Origin: a virus
Lineage: Duplodnaviria; Caudoviricetes
Virus record (IMG/VR): IMGVR_UViG_3300044633_001982
Direction: 5' to 3' (one strand)
Length of the DNA: 64,000 bases
Below are positions 47,607-56,400 of the stretch, piece by piece (position 1 is the first letter of the stretch; each line of letters opens with the position of its first letter). The notes under the pieces were generated by a model, which worked only from the letters and a program-made list of their open reading frames with translations, made no database searches and was not told the DNA's origin. Position numbers and translations under genes: made by a program.

Positions 47607-50039
47607 ATGATGTCATTAAGAATTAAAAAACGTAGTGGGGACGATGCGTCGTTTAATCCACAGAAAATTTATCAAAGAATTAAACGAGCCTCAAAAGGTT
47701 TAAATGTTAATTCTGACGAAATCTTTATTAAAGTAATCACTTCAGTACCAACTGAAGGGGTTATCACTACCAAAGATTTAGATAAGTTAATTTATGAAAT
47801 TGCTGCGGCGTTTACAGGTAGTCATCACGATTACTCTCGTTTAGCTTCATCTGTTGCAATCTCGTCATACCACAAAGAAACTGACCCAAGTTTTTCAAAT
47901 ACGATGCATACCTTACACGTTGATGGTATTGTAAGTAATGAATTAATGGAGATTGTCGAATCTTATGGGCCTAGTAAAATTGATGAGGTAATTAATCACG
48001 ATAATGATTATAACTTTGACTATTTTGCTTGGAGGTCACTCGCCGAAATGTACTTGTTAAAACTACCAAATGGAAAAGTTGTTGAAAGACCACAACATAT
48101 GTACATGAGAGTTGCTCTTTGGGTGACCAATACATTTGAAGAGGCTATGGAATATTACCAAGCTTTATCCACCCAAAGAATATCTCCGGCAACCCCGATT
48201 ATGATTAATGCTGGAACAAAGGTTCCACAATTGGCGTCTTGTGTTCTTCATTATAACGATTCGGATTCTCGTGAAGGTTTGTTAAATACTATGAGAGACA
48301 TCTCAACCTATTCATCAGACGCTGCGGGTATCGGACTATCAATGTCTAACATTCGTAGTAAGGAGAGTCGTATAACATCTTCTGGAGGATATGCTGGTGG
48401 ATTGTTAAAGTATTTGAAGATTGTTAACGAGTCACTTCGTTTCTTTAACCAACAAGGACGTAGACCAGGTTCCGCAGCAATTTACTTGGAACCTTGGCAT
48501 AAAGATATCTTTGATTTATTGGATATTAAAAAGAACACAGGTGCTGAGGAATTGAGAGCTCGTGATTTGTTCACCGCACTTTGGATTCCTGACAACTTTA
48601 TGAATGCGGTTAAGAACAATGACAATTGGTATTTATTCTGTCCTAATGATATTGTTAAAGCGGGTATCAAACCGTTACAAGAATCTTATGGTGATGAATA
48701 TGAGTCAAATTACGACAAGGCAGTTGAGTTAGGATTAGGTAAGAAAGTTAAGGCCCAAGAAATTTGGAATAAGATTATTGAATCTCAAATTGAAACTGGT
48801 GTTCCATATCTTTGTTCTAAAGACAATGCTAACAAAAAGACAAATCATCAGAATATTGGTGTAATTAAACAATCAAATCTTTGTAATGAGATTTACCAAT
48901 ATACTGACGAGAATACAACTGCAATCTGTACTCTTTCATCTATGGTGTTAAAGAACTATGTAAAAGATGGTGAGTTTGATTTTAATGGGTTATACGAAGA
49001 AACTCGTAAAGTTGTAAGAGCGTTAAACAAAGTTGTTAACATCAACAATTACTCAACTGAAAAAGGTCGTAAGGGTGGACTGGAACAAAGAGCAATTGCT
49101 ATCGGAACACAAGGACTTGCTGACGTATTCTATTTGATGGATTACATCTTCACATCTGATGAAGCTCGTAAGTTGAATAAAGAGATTTTTGAAACAATCT
49201 ATTTCGCGGCAATCACTGAAAGTAACAGATTGTGTATGGATGGTAAGTATGAACCATACGTTCACTTTGAAGGGTCACCAATGTCAGAAGGAGTGTTCCA
49301 ATTTGATATGTGGGGATTAAAAGAAGATGAGTTATCAGGAAGATGGCCTTGGGGAATTCTTAAACAGAATGTTAGTAAATATGGTGTTTGTAACTCATTA
49401 TTTACAGCTCAAATGCCTGTAGCATCTTCAGCGAAGATTACAGGTTCATATGAAATGACAGAACCCGCTCACTCAGCAATCTTTAACAGACGTGTAGTTG
49501 GTGGAGAGATTATGATTGTTAACAAGTATTTGATTAATGACTTTGAAAAGATTGGAATTTGGTGTGAGGATTTGAAAAACGAAATCATAATGAACGAAGG
49601 TTCAATCCAAAACATTAATTTCAACAACTACCTTGACCAAGAAGATAAGAAGTACAATTCAAAAGTTAAAAGAATTGAGCACTTAATTAACAAGTATAAA
49701 ACAATTTGGGAAATCTCACAAAAATCATTGATTGAAATGGCGGCCGACAGAGCTCCGTTTATTGACCAATCACAATCAATGAATATCTATATGGGTAACC
49801 CAACATTGTCAAAGATTTCATCATCACATTTCTATGGATGGGAAAAGGGATTGAAAACACTTTGTTATTATGTTAGAACAAAGGCAATCTCAACAGGGGC
49901 TAAACATTTGGCGATTGATACTTCAAAAATTAATAAACCAAATCCTACACCAGAACCACCAAAGGTAGACTACAGTTATATGAATTTACCTCCAAAACCT
50001 GAGAATAGTGATTTTGATTGTTTTGGTTGTTCATCTTAA
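47607..50039 (+). CDS. nrdA: Class Ia ribonucleotide reductase alpha subunit with ATP cone
   Basis: IKKRSG ATP cone, SPATP, LASC, NLCNE, MPVASS, DQSQS, CYYVR and C-terminal CFGC. Confidence 0.97.
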   Translation: MMSLRIKKRSGDDASFNPQKIYQRIKRASKGLNVNSDEIFIKVITSVPTEGVITTKDLDKLIYEIAAAFTGSHHDYSRLASSVAISSYHKETDPSFSNTMHTLHVDGIVSNELMEIVESYGPSKIDEVINHDNDYNFDYFAWRSLAEMYLLKLPNGKVVERPQHMYMRVALWVTNTFEEAMEYYQALSTQRISPATPIMINAGTKVPQLASCVLHYNDSDSREGLLNTMRDISTYSSDAAGIGLSMSNIRSKESRITSSGGYAGGLLKYLKIVNESLRFFNQQGRRPGSAAIYLEPWHKDIFDLLDIKKNTGAEELRARDLFTALWIPDNFMNAVKNNDNWYLFCPNDIVKAGIKPLQESYGDEYESNYDKAVELGLGKKVKAQEIWNKIIESQIETGVPYLCSKDNANKKTNHQNIGVIKQSNLCNEIYQYTDENTTAICTLSSMVLKNYVKDGEFDFNGLYEETRKVVRALNKVVNINNYSTEKGRKGGLEQRAIAIGTQGLADVFYLMDYIFTSDEARKLNKEIFETIYFAAITESNRLCMDGKYEPYVHFEGSPMSEGVFQFDMWGLKEDELSGRWPWGILKQNVSKYGVCNSLFTAQMPVASSAKITGSYEMTEPAHSAIFNRRVVGGEIMIVNKYLINDFEKIGIWCEDLKNEIIMNEGSIQNINFNNYLDQEDKKYNSKVKRIEHLINKYKTIWEISQKSLIEMAADRAPFIDQSQSMNIYMGNPTLSKISSSHFYGWEKGLKTLCYYVRTKAISTGAKHLAIDTSKINKPNPTPEPPKVDYSYMNLPPKPENSDFDCFGCSS

Positions 50040-50062
50040 ATTTTTAAAACATCCGATGTGTT

Positions 50063-50089
50063 ATCCCGAGCTAGGTCGGGATTTTTTTT
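50063..50089 (+). terminator. Rho-independent terminator after nrdA
   Basis: ATCCCGA-GCTAGG-TCGGGAT followed by a T run. Confidence 0.85.
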
Positions 50090-50099
50090 GTTTATAAAC

Positions 50100-50106
50100 T
50101 ATTTAT
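50100..50106 (+). promoter_or_regulatory. TATTTAT late motif (flavoprotein)
   Basis: After the nrdA terminator, 4 nt before ATG 50111. Confidence 0.5.
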
Positions 50107-50110
50107 CGGT

Positions 50111-50878
50111 ATGTCTAATATTATTCAGGAAGAAATTGAGAAAATAAGAAAAATGATGCTTTTGGAAGATTTAGTGCAAGAGGATGGTGCAAAAAAACTA
50201 AAAGAGACTTTAGACATTTTAAAAAATAAGAAAAAAGTTTTATTGTTAAGTTGTTCAAATAGGTTTAATTGGGACCCTAAAAAAGTCGACGTACCTAAAT
50301 CAAAATTAATCGCAATGTATTTGAATGAAGAATTAGGTGATAAATCAGTTTTTATTGATGTTTCAGAACTCAAGATTTTTCCTTGTGAAGGTAATGTGTC
50401 GAGAAAAGAAGGTAACACTTGTGGACTTTTAAAATCGTTACTTAAAGATGATAAGAAAAATCCTTCAGGATATCACAGATGTTGGGCGAGTTTAAACAAT
50501 AAAACAGATGAACTTTGGAAAATATCTAAAGAACTTTTTGAATCTGACGCAGTTATATTCTTTAGTTCAGTAAGATGGGGACAAGCTAATATGTTTTATC
50601 AAAATTTGATTGAAAGATTAAATTGGATTGAAACCCGACATACTACTTTAGGTGAAAAAAATATAGTTGAAGATATTGAAACAGGATTTATTTGTGTTGG
50701 ACAAAATTGGAATGGTGAGAATGTTACAGAAACTCAAATGGATGCTCACAAATTCTATGGATTTAAACCGAATAAGAAACTATATTGGAATTGGCAATAT
50801 ACAACAGATGTTAATGACGAAAGTAAATCTTCTTACAAAAAGTCCCACAAAAAATTCATTGACGATATGGGACTATGA
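50111..50878 (+). CDS. Flavodoxin-fold NAD(P)H:FMN reductase / iron-sulfur flavoprotein-like protein
   Basis: VLLLSCSNR, IFPCEG, ESDAVIFFSSVRWG and YQNLIERL. Confidence 0.8.
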   Translation: MSNIIQEEIEKIRKMMLLEDLVQEDGAKKLKETLDILKNKKKVLLLSCSNRFNWDPKKVDVPKSKLIAMYLNEELGDKSVFIDVSELKIFPCEGNVSRKEGNTCGLLKSLLKDDKKNPSGYHRCWASLNNKTDELWKISKELFESDAVIFFSSVRWGQANMFYQNLIERLNWIETRHTTLGEKNIVEDIETGFICVGQNWNGENVTETQMDAHKFYGFKPNKKLYWNWQYTTDVNDESKSSYKKSHKKFIDDMGL

Positions 50879-51050
50879 GGTAGGGTATTATAAGTACACC
50901 TCAAAAGAAAAACTAATCGTGGATTGTTTAAATTATTATCCAATTAACGATTTTATAACAGAATACTTGTTAAAACAAAAATTTGTAGAATTTGAATACG
51001 AAAACAATATTCCAAAAACTATTAATGGTAAAATTATTGTTTTGATTTGA
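50875..51050 (+). other. Possible small or frameshifted ORF (VGYYKYTSKEKLIVDC...)
   Basis: The ATG overlapping the upstream stop (ATGA) is followed by AGG TAG; the adjacent frame is open to 51050 with an in-frame GTG at 50919. Confidence 0.25.
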
Positions 51051-51099
51051 GTCAATACATATTGGGATTTTTTATTTTATTTAAAATTTTACAACATTA

Positions 51100-51106
51100 T
51101 ATTTAT
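51100..51106 (+). promoter_or_regulatory. TATTTAT late motif (gp25-like)
   Basis: 5 nt before ATG 51112. Confidence 0.5.
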
Positions 51107-51111
51107 GTAAT

Positions 51112-51573
51112 ATGCCAAGCCCAATAACATACGGTATTAATTTTCCATTTAGAGATTCTCCATATGGGTTCTATTTAGATTTGTCAGAAACTTCTGATGA
51201 AGAAATTAGAAGTAGTTTAATACATTTAATCTTAACTAGAAAAGGCTCAAGATATTTTTTACCTGAATTTGGTACAAGAATTTATGAATATATTTTCAAT
51301 CCTTTAGACGGACTTTCTTTTGGGGATATTGAATCTGATATTAGAACCGCTTGTGAAACTTATATGCCAAATTTACTTATTACCTCAGTTAAAGTTTACG
51401 CGGCAACAGATGAAGAGTTTGATAAAGTAGTATTAAGTAATGGTACGGTAATTAATAATACTTATAATATACCCGGACAAGGGGTTAGAGACTATACTGC
51501 AAAAGTTAGGATTGATTATAAAATAAAAAACAATACTTTTGAAAGTAGTGACTTTGTCATAATTAATATTTAA
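51112..51573 (+). CDS. Baseplate wedge / sheath initiator (T4 gp25-like)
   Basis: YGINFPF, LILTRKGSRYFLPEFGTRIYEYIFNP and YMPNL. Confidence 0.9.
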   Translation: MPSPITYGINFPFRDSPYGFYLDLSETSDEEIRSSLIHLILTRKGSRYFLPEFGTRIYEYIFNPLDGLSFGDIESDIRTACETYMPNLLITSVKVYAATDEEFDKVVLSNGTVINNTYNIPGQGVRDYTAKVRIDYKIKNNTFESSDFVIINI

Positions 51574-51577
51574 AAAT

Positions 51578-53416
51578 ATGGCCAACAAAAAAATATCATA
51601 CACAGTAAAAGATTTTGAAGCGATAAGGACCGAACTTATTAATTACACAAAAACGTATTATCCGACTGTAGTACAAAATTTCAACGACGCTTCAATTTTT
51701 TCAGTTATGATGGATTTGAACGCCGCTGTCACTGACAACCTTTACTATAATATTGATAGAAGTATTCAAGAAACGGTATTACAGTACGCACAACAAAGGT
51801 CTTCAATTTATAACATCGCAAGAACATATGGATTAAAAATTCCAAATGTTAGACCATCAGTTGCAATACTTGATATTAGTATAACTGTACCTGCGTTGGG
51901 GGACCAAGAAGATTTAAGATATTGTGGATTTTTAAGGAGAGGAGCTCAATTTATTGGTGGTGGACAAGTATTTGAAACTGTTGATGATGTTGATTTTTCA
52001 TCGCCATTTAATTCTTTAGGAAGACCTAATAGATTAAAAATACCAAATTTTGATAATAACAATAATTTAATAAATTATACAATTACAAAAAGAGAAACTG
52101 TTGTTAATGGAACTACTAAAGTTTTTAGAAAGACAGTTAACGCTCAAGACGCGAGACCATTTTTAGAAGTGTTTTTACCTGAACAAAATGTCTTATCAAT
52201 AACAAGTGTAATTTTAAAAGATGGTACAAATTATAATGGTATTCCTTCATATGATGATTTTCTAAGTCCTGCAAACAAATGGTACGAAGTTAATTCTTTG
52301 GCTGAAGACAGAGTTTTTATAGAAGACCCAACTAAAGTCTCAGATAAACCAGGTGTTAAAGTTGGTAAATATATAATTACAAATTCTAGATTTGTTTCTG
52401 AATATACACCTTTAGGTTATTGTAAAATGACTTTTGGTGGTGGTAATACATCTGCGGATGATTTATTACGTGATTTTGCAAGAAATGGTACACCACTTGA
52501 TTTGTCAAGGTACCAAAATAATTTTGGTTTAGGGTCAACATTAAAGGCTAATTCAACATTGTTTATTCAATATAGAATTGGTGGAGGGTCAGGTAGTAAT
52601 TTAGGTGTTAATGTTATAAATCAAATTGGTACAGTTACATTTTTTGTGAACGGACCAAATCAAATAATTAATACAAATGTTGTAAATTCTCTTTCATGTA
52701 ATAATGTGACTGCGGCAATTGGTGGGGCTGACGCACCTAGTATTGAAGAAGTTAGAAACTATGTTTCGTTTAATTTTGCTGCACAACAAAGAGCTGTGAC
52801 AATTAATGACTATCAGTCGTTAATAAACACAATGCCTTCAAAATTCGGGGCACCTGGTAAAGTTGCAATTGTTGAAGAGGAAAATAAAATTAAAATTAAA
52901 ATATTATCATATGATAATAATGGAACGTTAACAAGTTCAATATCAAATACTATTCAAGAAAACATTGCGAATTATTTATCAAATTATAGAATGTTAAATG
53001 ATTATATTTCAATTGAATCTGCACAAGTTGTTGACTTGGCGTTTCAAATTAGTGTTGTATTAGACTCAAGTCAAAACCAAGGGAATGTCATCTCTTCAAT
53101 AGTTAATATTGTATCAACTTATATGAGTCCTGCTAACATTGAGATGGGAGAAAACATTTATATTTCTGAGATAAAAAGACAAATTCAAAGTTTAAATGGT
53201 GTGATAAGTATCACTGATGTTGTGGTATTTAACAAAGTTGGAGGAGAGTATTCATCAAATCAAACCTCAATGAGTTATTCAAATTCTAATACGAAACAAA
53301 TATCATTGGTTGATGACACGTTATTTGCGGAACCGAGTCAAATATATCAAGTAAGGTTCCCAAATAGAGATATTACAGTTCAAGTTAAGAATTTCCAAAC
53401 TGTCAATTTTTCGTAA
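51578..53416 (+). CDS. Baseplate wedge protein (T4 gp6 / baseplate J-like)
   Basis: KDFEAIRTEL, NFNDAS, YRIGGGSGSN, GGADAPSIEEVR and AQQRAVTINDY. Confidence 0.9.
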   Translation: MANKKISYTVKDFEAIRTELINYTKTYYPTVVQNFNDASIFSVMMDLNAAVTDNLYYNIDRSIQETVLQYAQQRSSIYNIARTYGLKIPNVRPSVAILDISITVPALGDQEDLRYCGFLRRGAQFIGGGQVFETVDDVDFSSPFNSLGRPNRLKIPNFDNNNNLINYTITKRETVVNGTTKVFRKTVNAQDARPFLEVFLPEQNVLSITSVILKDGTNYNGIPSYDDFLSPANKWYEVNSLAEDRVFIEDPTKVSDKPGVKVGKYIITNSRFVSEYTPLGYCKMTFGGGNTSADDLLRDFARNGTPLDLSRYQNNFGLGSTLKANSTLFIQYRIGGGSGSNLGVNVINQIGTVTFFVNGPNQIINTNVVNSLSCNNVTAAIGGADAPSIEEVRNYVSFNFAAQQRAVTINDYQSLINTMPSKFGAPGKVAIVEEENKIKIKILSYDNNGTLTSSISNTIQENIANYLSNYRMLNDYISIESAQVVDLAFQISVVLDSSQNQGNVISSIVNIVSTYMSPANIEMGENIYISEIKRQIQSLNGVISITDVVVFNKVGGEYSSNQTSMSYSNSNTKQISLVDDTLFAEPSQIYQVRFPNRDITVQVKNFQTVNFS

Positions 53417-53447
53417 GTTATTTATTTTTTTAAAATAGTTCATAAAC

Positions 53448-53454
53448 TATTTAT
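53448..53454 (+). promoter_or_regulatory. TATTTAT late motif
   Basis: 12 nt before ATG 53467. Confidence 0.5.
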
Positions 53455-53466
53455 TAAAAAAATAAC

Positions 53467-56400
53467 ATGAATTCATCATATAGAGTAAGAACACAAGTAG
53501 GTGTTGATAAATCAGTTCAGGTAGACCTACAACAAGATTTTGAAGTGTTAGAAATTTTGTCTCTAAAAATATACCAAAGAGACGTATATACTAGAGTTTG
53601 CTCAGACTATGGTGTTATTTGTGGTAGGGTCTTTGCAAATAATGGTTTTGGTGTTCCAAATGTTAAAATTTCACTTTTTATTCCACTAAGTGATGAGGAT
53701 GCTCAAAATCCTGAAATAACTAATATCTATCCATATGAGAATATTTCAGATTTAGATGTTAATGGTTATAGATATAATTTGTTGCCAAAAGAACAATCAC
53801 ATTCAGGACACGTACCAACTGGAAGTTTTCCAACAAGAGAAGAAATTTTAAAAGAAAAAAGTTACTATGAGGTATACGATAAGTACTATAAATTTACTGT
53901 AAAAACTAATGATTCAGGTGACTACATGATTTTTGGTGTCCCTGTAGGGTCGTTTACTATATTTTTAGATTTAGATTTAAGTGATATTGGACAATTCTCA
54001 TTAAACCCACAAGATTTGATAAGAATTGGATTAGCAACTGAGGGACAAGTATCAGGTGTTAAATTTAATGATTCCACAAACTTAAATAGTTTACCGCAAA
54101 TTATAAGTTTAACAAAACAAGTTGAAGTTTTACCTTTATGGGGTAACGAAGAAATTTGCCAACCATCTATTACAAGAACAGATTTTGATTTAACTGCTGA
54201 AGCTAATATTGACCTAACACCAACTGCGGTGTTTATGGGTTCAATAATGAGTACAATAGATGAGGCAAAAATTGATAATAATTGTAAAATAGATAAAAAA
54301 GTTGGAGATTTTTGTAGTTTAGTTACAGGTCCTGGACAAATTTTGGCTATAAGACAAACAATTAATTATGATACTGATGTAAATTCAGTAACATTTGGAT
54401 ACCCTCAATTAGAAAAATATAATTTACAAAATGATGGGTATCTAATAGATGAAAATGGTGCTTGGTTAATTGAAGTACCAATGAACTTAGATTACATCTA
54501 TACAAATGAGTTTGGAGAGCAAGTAATATCTACAGACCCAACAATTGGTGTACCAACTAAAGGAAAATACCGTTTTAAAATAAAATGGAATCAATCTCCT
54601 TCATTATCTGAACAAACAAGAAGGGCTTATTTTTTAGTACCTAATGTTAAAGAATGGGGATGGGGAGAGCCTGGAAATACGTATAATGATGATGAGAACC
54701 CGGCATTTTATCCTGAGTATTCTACCAACGACAATTATTTAAGATACCAACAGTCATATGCATTCAGTTTAGATTGGTACGATTACGGAGACCCTACGAC
54801 ATCTGAGGGGTTAGAAATGATACAAGATGCAATTAATTGTGAAGATAGATTTTATTTGTTTGAATTTAAAAAAGTTTATACTGTTTCACAATTAATGGAT
54901 AAATACAAAAATGGTAATAAACTAAGATTTATAGGTATAAAAAATATTCTTAATGATGACTGTAGTGCTGAAAATAACAAATATCCTGTAAATGATGCGT
55001 ACAGAGGTAGTAATATAATGTTTTTATTATTTAGGTATATTTTATCTGTAATGAAACTTTTATTATTCCCACTAGTTGTTGTAATGCATGCAATTTCATT
55101 GGTTTTGTATATTGTAAACTTTATATTACAAATAATTGTTTGGTTAATTTACGCGCCAATTTATTACTTTATTGCCGCGGTTGTTGCGGTAGTTAATTTC
55201 TTAGCTCCTGGAGCTCCGTTAAATAATCCATTAAAAAAGACTCCTGCTGAACTATCAAGAATTATTTGGGATAAATTAAGAATAAAAAAAATACCATTAC
55301 CATTATTATTACAATCTGAAAATGAATGTACTTTTTGTGAATGTAAAGAAGGTGAAAACTCACAAGAATATACAAACTCAGCGGCTGGAGCACTTCTTTC
55401 TGAATTAGGAAACAGTTGTCATTTCCCATTAAATGATGGAGGGGCAGTAACTCCAACACTTGACATACCTGGAGAACAACAACAAAATTTTCCACAAGTA
55501 ATTGCCGGTTTACCAAATTCAGGTGGGAATTGTAGTGCCAGAATCCCAACTTCTGCATATAACTCACCGTGGGCTACAGGAGGTTTAACTTATGACGATG
55601 AAAGAGAATTTTTATTTTCAAACAGTTTAACGTTTGCCGAGAGAATAAATTTATCTAATACAAAACAAAAATATTTTAGGGAATCTACGGCAATTAGAAC
55701 ATATGTTGAACCTGATTTAAACGGAAATCAATTCCACACTGATAATGTATTGGTTACACTAATACAAGGGTGTGATGACATTTATCAGCCAGGGGCTTTA
55801 ATTACATTCCAAGACCCAAGTTTATCTACTGACCCTAATTTTGAATTAGGAATTAATGAAACTGCTGACGGATTATATCAGATATCAGGAACCTCAACGT
55901 CTGCAACGTCGATAACTGTAAGTTATTGTACTTTAGATAATAACACTTTAACAGGTACTAAAGTTTATAATTTACCACTTAAAGATTCTGAAGAATACTT
56001 AACATTTGCTAGGTATAGATTTGATATGGAATATTTCCAAGTTGTAACCGCAATTACGTATTCTCAATTTATTTCTTTAGGTAATGGTTCCGCTAGTGAT
56101 TTAAGTTCCCATGGAACTTTTTATCATAGAATATTTAAAACTCCAATGTCGGTAATGTTTGCTAAAGACACTGCGGGTAATCAATCGCAATTTGAAGCCG
56201 AATTTAAGGGGACAGTTTTTTGTAATGAAAGTTCATTTTCTGAATTAGCAAATTCAAAAATAGTGATAATGGTTAGAGGTGTTGACCCTTATTCTCCAAA
56301 ATATAAAATTAAATACGACATAAGTCGTATATTAAATAGAGGTTATGGGCAAGTTGTGGTTGGTGGAGGTGAAGATGTAATGTTTAAATTAAACATACCT

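Noticed and set aside
12573-50039. Inteins or introns in the polymerase, helicases or RNR
   Set aside because: Lengths are normal, motifs are contiguous, and no intein or homing endonuclease signatures were seen.
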